Part shown: positions 1 to 12,165 of the stretch, in pieces
Layout: each line of letters starts with the position of its first letter
Position numbering within the stretch: position 1 is the first letter of the stretch
Assembly: GCA_951406725.2 (NCBI GenBank)
Contig: OX597822.1
Coordinates: 22,258,001-22,322,000 of the forward strand
Source: Octopus vulgaris
Taxonomy: Eukaryota
Direction: 5' to 3'
DNA: 64,000 bases
Made by a program: the position numbers and the translations under genes
Notes under the pieces: generated by a model
What the model was told of the DNA's origin: nothing
What the model saw: only the letters and a program-made list of their open reading frames with translations
The model's database searches: none

Positions 1-111
1 TGCCAAATCAATATTGGAGCCTGGTGCAACCATCTGGTTCGCCACCCCTCAGTCAAAATCGCCCAACCCATGCTAGCATGGAAGGCGGACGTTAAACGAT
101 GATGATGATGA

Positions 112-113
<2 letters not shown>
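1..113 (+). mobile_element. 3' tail of RTE-clade LINE ending in (GAT)n
   Basis: ccaacccatgctagcatggaaggcggacgttaaacgatgatgat matches the 3' terminus of the RT-encoding RTE copy ending at 57119. Confidence 0.8.
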
Positions 114-153
<40 letters not shown>

Positions 154-988
154 CACCAACTTGCAGAATGCCAGATTCATCTCTGTGACACTCACTTTTT
201 CAAGATTGTAAGAATCAGCTTGCATTTCATTTTGTTTACTATCTGTATAGCATTTTCTTGATGTTGAAATCAAAGCCTCATACCAAATGTACCATTGATA
301 AAACTCATCAGAGCTACATTAATTTATCGATTTATTGACCAACAGAGGATATAATTAAAACCATTGTTAAGTGCCATGCCATACTTTTTGTTTATCATGG
401 AGTGAATTTACAATTTCTCTACATATTATTTGTTACCTTGCCAGATTTCTAATTAGATTCATAATGTTCTGTCTATTAAATATGTTAGCACTATTGTTAT
501 TTGTTTAGATGGTGTCTCTGAAATAGTTAATTTCTCAGCAAATTTATTTTCCTATGACAATAAAGTGCAATCATATACATTTACTTAAGGAATCATTTAG
601 CACATACTGGACCAATGAAAATAATGTTGTCATTGGCTAAAACTGCGTGTTTTTTTTGTCTTTTTTTTAGCTCCCCCCCACACACACACACACATTCCTG
701 TATCATTAGCTTTTAAATACACCGTATATTCAAAATGTTAACACTACCTTATCTACTGACATCATAGGATTTAATATTGCATTTGCTTTCACACTTGAAT
801 ATTTTATTTGACTGTTTCTCCTCCGAGGGTTGCAAGAGATTGAGTCTATCAGATATGCTGCTCCAATTTAAATGGTCAACATTTCGTTTATAGGAGGCAT
901 TTGAATAGAAGCAAACATAGTCATGTGCTTAAGAAGTTCCCTTCTCAACTTGTGGGTTTTGAGTTCAGTCTTTCTTCATGTTTCATTT

Positions 989-1057
<69 letters not shown>

Positions 1058-1078
1058 ATACACATACACAGAGGCACA

Positions 1079-1460
1079 CAGGGTGCAAGAGGTATTTGAG
1101 GAAATATTTGGTAATTTAGTAAAACAACTTTAATCTAGCAAAGGTCAACTATATTTTAATATAAATTTTATGCACACATTCTTGATAAGTTTTCATATAA
1201 GAGTATTTTATGAATCATAAACATTAAGGGATTCCAGTCCTTAAACAAGACTAGAATTGTTGATAGGCTTGTACTAAATGGTTCTTATTCATTTGGACGT
1301 TACCTGGACAAGGGCAACCTTCAGTGAGGGTTTGTTAATGTGAGGATGTTGATTAATCTCCCTTCAAACAATGCCCTAAACAGTGTAGTCCTTGGGATTT
1401 AAATCTGGCTTGTTTGAAGGTCAAACATTTGGTGTTATATGATCGTAAAGATTGTCTAAC
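1079..1460 (-). pseudogene. Decayed Tc1/mariner-superfamily (maT/DD37D-like) transposase C-terminus
   Basis: Minus strand reads NV*PSNKPDLNPKDYTV*GIV*REINQHPHINKPSLKVA, resembling WPPxSPDLNPLDYxVWG; CAGGGTG terminus-like motif at 1079. Confidence 0.65.
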
Positions 1461-2380
1461 ATCCTTTAATAATGAAGCATTCTTTTGTTTGTTTGTTTTT
1501 ACTGAACCAATAAAATTTTACCATTTTTTAAACTCTCAGCATAGCAACATACATTCATCCATGAACAAAGAGATCACTTGAGAAAGAACTAATGTATTTT
1601 ATTCACTAACTGACAATGAGATTCATTGATTGTATGTATGTAAGAGCCAGATAAAGGGGAAGTTGTAATTGCATAAACCTAAGTGGGAGAGTGGTGTAAA
1701 AAGATTGTAGTTTATTTCTTAGCACAATGGCATATTTCACTTTTTGTCAACTTCAGTCCTATGTCCCTGTAACTGGGTCATGTGAATTATTGCCCCAGTA
1801 ACAGGCCCCTTTAGCAACAGATCCCTTTTAAATATGAAAGAGTGTAGGAAACTAGCCTGCTAAAGTTATAGCTAATGCAGACATCCATCAGGTAATTGTT
1901 ATCATTGACTTCATCATTGCAGAAATAAATGATTTTATAAGTGACCATTTTCCATCTAACATGTTTAAAATTTTGTCATTCATAAAATCAACATCAGGGG
2001 TAAAACTTGTAAACGTTGGAATCAATGTGCGGCTCAAAAACTTTCTCATTTCATATTTCAATCAATATAACCAGAATATCATTTGAAAATTCAGTCTTGC
2101 TGTCAGATTTCAGTTGTTCCTACATTTCACCAACACAGTCTATTCACAGTCCATTTGATTCTCTAATTTTAAGTTTGTTGCACTTCAATCTTCTCACTAC
2201 TTTCCAGAATGTAGTCTCGGTCTTAACTGTGTACATTAATAATTCTATATGCCTTTTTAAGATAGTAGTTATCAAAAATTATCTTGAAAAACCATGATTT
2301 TGCAACAGATTATGGAATGCACAATCAACAGCTACATACACATACGCCAAAATTAGTGATGCTTCACCCTAACACCTAAA

Positions 2381-2760
2381 GTGGTAGTAGTTTGCTTATG
2401 AACCACATGGTTCCGGGTTCATTCCCACTGCATGGCACCTTTGGCAAGTGTCTTCCACTATAACCTCGGGCTGACCAAAGCCTTGTGAGTGGATTTGGTA
2501 GATAGAAACTGAAAGAAGCCTGTCATATATATGTATATATGTATGTGTGTGTATATGTTTGTGTGTCTGTGTTTGTCCCACTAACATCGCTTGACAACCG
2601 ATGGTGGTGTGTCTACGTCCCTGTAACTTAGCAGTTCGGCAAAAGAGACTGATAGAATAAGTACTAGGCTTACAAAGAAAAAGTCCTGGGGTTGATTTGC
2701 TCAACTGAAGGTGGTGCTCCAGCATGGCCGCTCTCAAATGATTGAAACAAGTAAAAGAGA
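2381..2760 (+). mobile_element. tRNA-derived SINE, family 1 (internal TA/TG microsatellite)
   Basis: B-box-like gggttcattccc; body aligns with copies at 18478-18915 and 48535-48922; ends in gaaacaagtaaaagag. Confidence 0.85.
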
Positions 2761-3315
2761 GTTTGCTGTTTACATGAATATTGTCAATAGAATCCCTATC
2801 AATGGAAATTGGAATGTGCAAAGTTCAATGAACTATAGAAAAACTTGCATGGAATAATTCAGCCTGTTTTGTAGATGCAATAATGAGAATTTAATCGAAA
2901 TATGCTTCCACTTACTTAATATTTGATATAAATATGTTATTCTGAGAACCATTAGGATCATCATCAAAGAAAACAAATGATCTTTTAATATCGTTTTATA
3001 TGGGATCCATTTAGTTATCAAAAGCATGTTATTTGCTTGGTTCAATATGTTTTGTTTTTTCAATTGTTTCTCTGTTGTTTCTGGCAATGTGTGGCAGCAA
3101 CTCAGAAAGTTCTGATACATAAAAGTAAAGGCAACTACCCAAGGATGAGCTGAGGAAGGGAAATTCCATTGTGGCAACAGGAAGTTGTAAGATCAGTGAC
3201 AATATAATGCCCATCATCAGCATTTGGATTTTGATGTTCTTCAGTATGAATCAACTGTGATCTTGAACAAATCCCAACTCATCTGCAATATAAAAATTGA
3301 CTTTTATATTTAAGA

Positions 3316-3496
3316 GATAAGGAATTATTTACATTATTTACATTTGACAGATATTTGTCCTCATCCTCATCTTGTTTGTTGTTAACACAATGTTTTATCT
3401 GATATTCCCTCCAACCTTCATCAGGTGTCTTGGGGAAATTCCGAACTTGGGTTCTCATTCCTAAGGTATTTTTTCGATGTTGTTATTATTATTATT

Positions 3497-3555
<59 letters not shown>

Positions 3556-3830
3556 GTTATTATTCAGGTCACTGCTTGGAATTGAACTCAGAATCTTGGG
3601 GCATGGTGTAGTGGCATGTGACATAGTGGTTAAGAGAGCAAGCCTACTAACTCTAAGATTCCAAGTTCGATTCCATAATAACATTGGAAAAAAATATCTT
3701 AGGAATGAGAACCCAGGTTCAAAATTTCCCTAAGACACTTGATGAAGGCTGGAGGGTATATCAGCTGAAATGTTATGTTAAAAACAAGCAAGATGAGGAC
3801 AAATATCTTTCAACTGTAAATAATGTGAAA
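3316..3830. mobile_element. Fold-back insertion: two inverted copies of a tRNA-headed, hammerhead-containing element (family B)
   Basis: ~3326-3487 is the reverse complement of ~3675-3827; tRNA-like segment at 3612-3674 is partly repeated inverted at 3578-3601; (TTA)n at ~3485-3563. Confidence 0.75.
3734..3779 (+). ncRNA. Minimal type-I hammerhead ribozyme motif, decayed; second decayed copy at 3384-3429 on the minus strand
   Basis: gacac-TTGATGA-a-ggctg(gagggtatat)cagct-GAAA-tgtt-atgtt; the other arm keeps CTGATGA and the gtgtt stem-I strand. Confidence 0.65.
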
Positions 3831-5639
3831 AATAAATAGATTTTAAATTTGAGAAAGAGAATGGCTTCCAGATTCACAAACAAAGTTGCTTCCACGTATG
3901 GTAATACTTGTCTTCCAACAGGTTTTAGCTCCTGAAATGAGCATGCTCCAGATTTGTGTAGTAAAATCATGTGCAGATGATACCATTCAGTATTTTGAAG
4001 GTTGATGAAACATTCTTCCAATTAACAATCTATGTTTTCTCTTTCTGTAAGGATGCCTTCATTAGTACATACTAATTACTTTTTTACATACTGCAATTTT
4101 CTAATTACCCTACATGTAATTGCAGTTTCCCCAATACAAGTTGCAATTTGAGTTGAAGAAGCAGACTGGCTTCAACTCAAATTCAGTTGTGATTTGAAAT
4201 TTCTGGGAAGAACTTTGGTACAAAGATTGTACTTCAAGCAAATTTTATTGAACAGTTTGCCTTTATTTTGGAATATGTTTCTTTGTCAAAGATATAATAC
4301 GCTATTGAAGCCTTGCTACCTTTTCATATTCATCTCCCACATCTATTAAGGAACAGCAAATATAAGGGATATATTTGTCATTGAATTTCTGTGAAATTAA
4401 TTGAAATTGATTTGAAGATATATCACAATATTTCCATGAAAGACAAACACACTCTCTCTACTCACAGTATAGATGAAATATAATAAAACAATACCTAGGA
4501 GTCATCTTCTTTCTCATTCACTCTTCATTGAGAATGATGTAAGGGTCGAAATTCAAGTCAGGGTCAAAGTGAGACAGACACACCCACACTCGTACAGAAT
4601 ATCATTTAAATATTTTATGTAAAAAAGAAAATGTATGAGAGCTGGAAAACTTTTCGAATAATCAATGAAGCTCATACATGATTTAAAATGAGATAATTTA
4701 TAAGAAATATCCTCAAAAAGAAACAAGCTGTCACACAAATCATTGTTTACTTACTCAAAATCTTTAAATTCCATAGGCAGCTAATATCTGACAAATACTC
4801 ATAGGAAATTTAATAATAAATTTAAAATGTCTGGTAATGTCACTGTACCAGCCAATGATCAGGCTTATACTGCCACTGCATGTCCACACACAATTTCTAA
4901 TTAATTTGGATTTTAGAATTATTTCCCTTAACATTATTGAATAAAATTAATTGTTGAAGCTAACAATTTTTTGTCCCACTCCTCCCTACGAACTTAATTT
5001 TTATTAATTAAAAAAGAGTTGGGCTCATTATAAAATGTATGGTAGCTTCCACAAACTGAGAAGAAAACTCTTTATTAACAAACTGGAAAGAAGACAATAG
5101 AAATGTAAAAATCAGTTATCGTTGTTGATTATTGATCTAAAGAGGACATTTGTTAGGGTCAAAGCTACAGACAGTTTAAAGACAAATATTGCATTGTTGA
5201 CAAATGATGGCTTCTATAAAGATCATTCATTGTGCCCTTAAAGGTTATTTTTCATAATTTCTTTTGCATATTTTAAAGCACACACTCATCATGTAATGTG
5301 TGTGAGAGAGAGAAATAAAATAAGAGAGTGTGTGTGTATGCATGTGTATTTTATATTCATTAATTCATTTGTTTTTTTGTCCATTTTTCCATGCTAAAAT
5401 GAGCTATTTGATTATGTTATTGAGTCATTGCCGGCTGTCCTTGTTGCTAATCCTTATCTGTTTTTCCAGTCTTCAAAGACATGAAGTGAGAGATAGGTTT
5501 ATTGATATAAATAACAACGTTGCACATAGCAAACGCTTCCAATGGATTTTTTCTGACTTTTTATCTACCAAGTACACTCACAAAGCTATGGTTGGCCTGT
5601 GGTTTTATATAGTCATACAAAACAACATAGTGTAGAATT

Positions 5640-5940
5640 GCATAGCTTATTGGTTAGAGTATTTGGCTCCTGATAGTAAGGTTGTGAGTGCTATTCCTGA
5701 TGATACATTATGTCCTTAAGCAAGACACTTTATTTTGTGTTGCACCAGTTCATTCAGCTGGCAAAAATGAGTAACACCTATATTTTTCAAAGGACCAGCC
5801 TTGCCACATTCTGTGTCATGCTGAATCTTTCTGAGAACTACATTAAGGATAGAAGTGTCTGTGGAGTGCTCAACCACTTGTATGTTAATTTCATGAGCAG
5901 GCTGTTCTGTCGATCAAATCGACTGGAACAAGATAACCTC
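5640..5940 (+). mobile_element. tRNA-derived SINE, family 2 (CORE-like tgtccttgagcaagacactt block)
   Basis: Degenerate tRNA-like head; aligns in reverse with 18118-18432; partial relatives at ~52090-52250 and ~62470-62610. Confidence 0.65.
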
Positions 5941-6408
5941 TCTAGTGCTGGTTTCATGGAAAAAGAATCTACCCTGTATATTCTGTAAAGTAGTGGGTGA
6001 TAGAAAGGGTATTTAGCTGTAGAATCCATGCTGAAAATGGAATGTGTGGCATGCAGTCTCTAACATTTTTAGGAGGACAGCAACTCAAAACTAGAATTTA
6101 CTTGACTGTGACAACTCATCCAACTCAAATCAGCATGAACAAACACGATGATGAGGAAGATGGGTGTGTGTGTATATATATAGAATTGATGCATGATAGG
6201 TTGAAAAGATAATACTGAATAATAATGAGTCTTGTGAAGTCCATTTTCTTTCATCATAATTCATAAATTCTATGGCCACAAAGAAATTCCTGAAGTAAAT
6301 CCAGTGGCATATACATCCATACTGTTGATGACACCAGGTAGCCAAATACTGTGAACAGGCTTTAAACAGCACACTACAAGGTGTATACCTAAATTTAAAA
6401 TTATTACT

Positions 6409-6441
<33 letters not shown>

Positions 6442-7384
6442 CCTATAATGAAAAGAATAAAGTTTTGCATTCTTTAAATTAATAGAGTATTGGCAAATAT
6501 TGTATAATATATTAAAATATTATTTTCGAATTTTTTATATTATTATAAATATAAATTTAATCTGAGAATGGGAAGCAGTCACATAGCTAACAGCTAATCA
6601 GAAGGGTAAATATGATATACGAGTAAACAAATGACAAATATATAGCAACATATGGTTATAGAAATTCAGAAGTAAATTTATAAAACTGCTCAAAATCATG
6701 AAATAGTGTTTATAAGAAAAGTGTATTACTTTCTTTTTCATAAGTACATCTAAAATTCTTGTAAAAGTCTAATCCATTAGAGTCAGAGTATATATTATTT
6801 TATCTAAGAGTTATAGTCTTGAGGAAGTACATTATTCATTTAACATATACAAATTTGGATATTTCTTAAGTGGTAATTCAAGTTTTCCAAAACTTTCTAA
6901 AGAAAGATCATTATTATTATTATTGTAGATAGTTTTAGATTTGGGGGAAAAAAAAAAAGAATTCTGAATATGAAACATTTGAAACTATAGGTTAAACTAT
7001 GGAAAAATAATATTTGTACAGTTGTTGCTGCAATTGCTAATGTAATGTAGAGAAGAGAGATAATTTTATTATTTAGTAGTTGGTGCTTAAAGGAAACACT
7101 GACACAAATTTAGAATTTTGAAACTCATTCTTTTGAAGAATAAATAGTTGGAACTAATATTGAACTGTTCAATAGAAATCAGTAGTTATACCATGCTGAT
7201 GGTATTGTTGCTGTTTTTTCGTTATGTTTGGTAAGATTTACTTACATATAACCTCATGACAATGTCAACAATAGAAACTGCTATGTACAGAGAAGATGCT
7301 TTACACTGTAATTAATAAGTTTAAAATATTAACCTACATGTATGAAATTCCTCTTTCTTTCTCTCTCTCTCTATTTATCTATAT

Positions 7385-7745
7385 CTATTATATAAAATCC
7401 GTTCTGTCTGTCTGTGTGTGTGTCTTCTAGGATCTCGGGCATCCTCCATCCAATTACACTCAAATTTGATATGTAGATACTGACGATATCAGGGCGTGTA
7501 TAAGTCTTGAAAAAAGTACAAAAATCGATTCCAGGTGAGAATGCGATCGATAAAGCCGTGAGAACATGCATTTGTATGGCGCAAGTACATCAGCTGTTGC
7601 GATTGATACTACGCGTATGCAAGAAGAATGCATGTGCAGTTTGCACAAAATGGGACAGTCGGACAGGTTGCTTTGAGAAAATTTGGTTTAAATGTTTGAC
7701 AACTCAGCACCGTCCATTAGACGGTGGTTGGGGGGCGTTTTGCTT
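7385..7745 (+). mobile_element. 5' portion of a non-autonomous Helitron-like element
   Basis: Starts a|TCTATTATATAAAA followed by (TGTC)n/(TG)n, like the 5' end of the complete element at 47459-47850; no 3' hairpin-CTAG seen. Confidence 0.55.
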
Positions 7746-8379
7746 GTATATATATATATATATATATATCTTTTTGTCTGTCTGAATAATTAACATTCTA
7801 GGATGGAAAAAATTTGGAATGCTTTTTAAACAATAAACTATTTAGTAAGAAATTTCTAACCTTGTTAAATGTTGAATTTAGCTTAATTCATTTGTATCAA
7901 GTTATGCCATACTGAAGATTCCAGAGGAGAATAAAATAGTGCTATACATGGTTAGCAATGAATAAGAACTAAGAACTTTATAATGTGTTAATATATTAAA
8001 TGTATACATGTTCTTTACTTTTTTATGTAAATTTCAAATTTTCAAATCTGACTTAACTTAATCTAGAAGAGATTAGTTGTTAACCACCAGGGACACACCA
8101 CGTGTTCAAGAGATAGAAGAGCTATGAGTGTCTGATTCATGGAAAAACAACAAAGACTTGCTAACTTACTGATCTGTCACCTCACCTCCTATATGTCAGA
8201 TATGATAGACCCAGTTAGACCATATGTATGGCATCTCCAGAGATAGGTCTACTGTAGTACCTGTTTTATTAGATCTCATGTTAGTGGTCTTGCACTCTTA
8301 AGAACTTCTACAGAAGCAATATTGTTTCTTTTAACACAATGCTTTCAGATACATCTAACATAACAAATATATCATCTTA

Positions 8380-8679
8380 CGGAGATGTACTTGTATAGCG
8401 AGTGACTTGATCTGAGATCATGTGCTGGAATGAAAACAATTGCAGCGTGGAAGGTGTTTATAAGCCATTTAAGAAACACACAAAACTGTTAGATTCACTT
8501 CAACATTTAAATTTAATTTGTCAAAATATTTTCGTTGCTTTGAGACAATGAACAGTTCGCGGTCTCAAAGCGATAAAAATATTTTGAAATTAAATTTAAA
8601 TGTTGAAGTGATTTTGTGTGTTTTGAACGGATTTTGTGTGTTTCTTAAATGGCTTATAAACACCTTCCACGCTGCAATT
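8380..8679. mobile_element. Fold-back insertion of family A (same family as 20790-21510)
   Basis: 8438-8546 is an imperfect inverted repeat of ~8560-8679; the sequence matches 20790-20955. Confidence 0.8.
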
Positions 8680-9689
8680 ATATCATCATATCAGTTTTTG
8701 TTCACCATCCTACATCTCATTTCTTGGAATGGAAGTTTCTTGATTGGCTGTGACGTTCTAGATTATGCTGATGTAGTTTTCTATTACCCTCAGTCTTACC
8801 TGAATTTAGCTGTATCTTTCACACCCTTCCTTCTGTATAATAATGATGCTACACTTATTAATCTGAATGGAGGCAAAGTGAGCAGTAACTAAAGGAACAT
8901 TACTAATATCCAGACAGAAAGATCAAACACATACATATATTCATATATATCTACAGAACAGATATAAAGTCCGATGTTTAAAAATGTAATAATATATAAA
9001 TAAATAAACATCACATAAAATATATAAATATATAAGAATCAGTGTTGCATAGAAAACATATTTTAATAATGATGTTATTGCTATTTCTAGCACATACAGT
9101 CTAACCTAGATGATGCCATACCTTCATTCCTTTATAACCATCCCTAGACAGCACTCATCTAAAATCAAGGGTGAACCAACTCGCATGAACAAGGATGCAG
9201 AAAATATTCCCAGAATACTATATAGTCTCTGAACAACATACTCCCACACCAAACAAATGAAACAAATATTTACATATTATAATAAAAAAAAAAGATACTG
9301 CCTACATTATAGAAAAAATAAGAATATTACATATATATTAAAAATATAAGTTTTACATGTTTTAAAGAAACAGTGTTGCAACATTATACTGACTTTATTA
9401 ACAAAGCTTGGCTAAAACCCACACAAACTTGCTGCAAGTGCTAAGTCTTGCAATCTTTGTAGTATCAGAAAAAAGGTCAGCTTTGATTAGTTATTGAATT
9501 ACACGGTATAACAATTTTTTAAAATTTTGTTTTTGTCTTTGGTCAGTAATTGTTATTTCCTATTTGCTTCTATCTAAAAATCAAAGGAAACAAATACTAT
9601 CCCATTCAAACTTTGCTTTTTGGCCTGGACATCAATGTTTAGAAACTGACCTACATTTCAGATAGATTCAGCACTGAGTTGCTGAAGCA

Positions 9690-9870
9690 GAAATATCATT
9701 ATAGCAAATATTCTGCTCTATACCACAGATTTGTTTGTCATTTGCTTGATCTTAACCACTTGATTATAACCCTCAGTAGCTGACAATATGTGCATCTCTG
9801 ATCATGAGCAGGAGTAGTGGGGGAGCATCATAGCCATGTGTTGAAAAGGATTCTTTGGGGGTTTGAATAA
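9690..9870 (+). mobile_element. Internal fragment of the ~560-bp repeat at 30272-30890
   Basis: agcaaatattctgctc...gtgcatctctgatca...ttctttggggtttgaataa shared with 30378-30545. Confidence 0.75.
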
Positions 9871-10302
9871 ATATTGTAACAAGAGCAAATTTTGAAGGAA
9901 ATATTAGCCTAGTTTTCATACTTTCTAGGGGTAACCAAATAGGAAATTGTGTTACACAGTGTAATGTTTATATCTGAAGCATGTAGTCTCACTAATTACA
10001 CACACAGGTTCTAGAATTCATAAAAACTATTTCAATTGTTCTATTATCAAGTATCACCATCATCATTTTAATGTCCCTTTTTCCCATGCTTGCATGAGAC
10101 AAACGAAAATTATTGAGACACATTTTCTATAATCAGATGTTCTTCCTGTCACCAATCTCATCAGTTTCCAAGCAACATAATATTACATTAAGGACCTTAC
10201 CCTTGAACAGCTTCATAGCACACACACAATCTTAGACACATAGACACACACAATCTTAGACACATAGACATAGACATGTGTGTCTGTATACTTAGACACC
10301 TA

Positions 10303-11566
10303 CAGGGGTTGGATAAAATAATGGAAACACCTTAAAATTTCAAACAAACTTATTTTAATATGGGGTAGGACCACTTTTGGCAGTAGTTACAGCTTGAATT
10401 CTATGAGGTATGGACTCGTACAAAGTTTGAATTGTTTCCAAAGGAATTTTTGTCCATTCTTCAACTAAAACAGTCTCCAGTTCTTGTAGTGATGATGGTG
10501 GAGGATATCTACTCCTTACTTGTTTTTCTAAAATGCACCATAAATGTTCAATAATATTGAGATCTGGGGACTGTGGTGGCCAGATAAGATGTTCAACTTC
10601 ACTAGAATGTTCCTCATGCCATTCAGTAACAACTTCAGCTGTGTGAATTGGTGTATTATCATCCTGAAAGATTGCTTTTCCATCCGGAAACAGTTCCACA
10701 ACCATAGGATGAATTTGATCGGATAAAATGCTTAAATAGTCTTGACCATTAATTCTGCCATGAAGGGAAATCATTGGGCCAGCAGATTTCCAAGATATAG
10801 TCCCCCATATCATCACAGATCCTCCTCCATGTCTAACAGTTAGAAGAAGGCAGTCTGGGTCAAATGCTTCTTTTGACTGTCTCCACACGTATACTCGGCC
10901 GGTGGTCAGAAATAAGGTAAAGGATGACTCATCCAAGAAAATAACATTCTTCCACTGCTCTAGGGACCAATTCTGTAGGTTTTTTCTCTACTCTAAACGC
11001 TTTGCAGCATTTGTTTTTGAAAGTAGTGGTTTTCTGAATCCAGCCCTCCCATAAAATCTGGCTTTGTGCAGCTCCCGGTGAACAGTTTTTGTGGAAACTA
11101 GGTTCTCAAGGTGGTCATTAAGCTCTGCAGTAATTTTGGGAGCTGTACCTTTGTGATCCTTTCTAACAATTTGCATAAGAGTCCGACGGTCCCTATCTGA
11201 AAGTTTTGGTTTTCTTCTGGAGTTTTGTTTCGATGAGGAGGTTTTACCCTCTTTCTCAAAGGCTGTCATTACTTTTGAGATGGTACTTCTTGATACACCA
11301 AACATTTTGGCTGTTTTTGTTACGCTAGTACCTGCCATACAAGTACCAACAATTTGACCTCTTTGAAAGTCCAATAGATCCGTCATTTTAATGAATTTTA
11401 ATTATCTTTTTCTGATGATATCTGAAAAGAAACAGCAATTTTAGTAAAACATATTAAGCAATACTAATAATAAATCAAAAAACATAAAATAAACAAGCTT
11501 TTGACTGTTTTATAGATATTTAAAAATTATGATGCTAGGTGTTTCCATTATTTTGTCCAACTCCTG
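10303..11566 (-). mobile_element. Full-length Tc1-like DNA transposon with DD36E triad
   Basis: 30-bp TIRs CAGGGGTTGGATAAAATAATGGAAACACCT (10303-10332) and AGGTGTTTCCATTATTTTGTCCAACTCCTG (11537-11566), 2 mismatches; TA on both sides. Confidence 0.95.
10355..11386 (-). pseudogene. Tc1-type transposase (~343 codons) with a single premature TAG
   Basis: ORFs 10988-11386 (paired-like HTH, RRKPKLS) and 10355-10936 (DES...QDDN...SPDLNIIE) are in one frame, joined by RKNLQNWSLEQWKNVIF; the only lesion seen is the stop at 10988-10990. Confidence 0.92.
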
Positions 11567-11617
11567 TATATATATATATATATATATGAGTATGTGTGTG
11601 TGTCTATATAGTCTATG

Positions 11618-11653
<36 letters not shown>

Positions 11654-11681
11654 ATAATATGTTACATTACTCAGTAGTCAA

Positions 11682-11742
11682 GATAAAACTCTGAGTTTCA
11701 GATGCCGAAGTGGAAATCCATAACACCATCTCTTCGGTTATC
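11682..11742 (-). ncRNA. Hammerhead-like motif with CCGAAGA core (family C); second copy at 12348-12410 (+) has G5A
   Basis: gataa-CCGAAGA-gatg(...)catc-t-GAAA-ctc-a-gag-TT-ttatc: stems I, II and III all pair. Confidence 0.6.
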
Positions 11743-11826
11743 AGGTATAAGTTCTTGGTTTTATCCGAAAAAAGTGCTTTTTTCTTGGAGCTTTTTATAT
11801 GATTAATATCTTTTTTTTTTTTTTAT

Positions 11827-12165
11827 GTGGGCCTTACAGAGGGTAATTTCAAGGCCAGGTTCAATAACCACACTTTGAGCTTTAGGCACTGGAACAAAAG
11901 AAAAGCGATACAATTATCTAATCATATTTGGTCTTTAAGAGATAAAGGTGTCGATTATAACATACAATGGAAGATTTTGGCCAGATGTAAGCCCTATACC
12001 AACGGCAGCGGAAGGTGCGGTCTATGCGACATGGAGAGATGGCTTATCTGGAAAAGCAGCTTAGACCCTACTACATGTCTAAATACAAGGACAGAGCTTT
12101 TCGGATCATGCCCACATGTGACTAAATTTCTGTTACGTTTTTGGTCCCCTAAAGAAAACAGATAG
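11827..12165 (+). pseudogene. C-terminal GIY-YIG endonuclease fragment of a Penelope-like element
   Basis: YVGLTEGNFKARFNNH...LSNHIW...WKIL...CGLCDME...LNTRTEL..SCPH; YIG box plus downstream R, E, N residues. Confidence 0.85.

Larger units (their letters stand above)
1535..4030 (-). pseudogene. Highly decayed Helitron Rep/PIF1-helicase remnant, interrupted by younger insertions
   Basis: Minus-strand fragments in the expected order: EWYHLHMILLHKSGACSFQELKPV (~3900-3990, cf. ERYYLRLLLxHVxGPTSFEDLKTV), a degenerate Walker A region (~2940-2970), LHIPISID (~2800), EASLILAYVYVAVD (~2330-2370), and TINESHCQ...LFVHG*MYVAMLRV (~1535-1635, cf. TINKSQGQ...FSHGQLYVALSRV). Confidence 0.7.
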
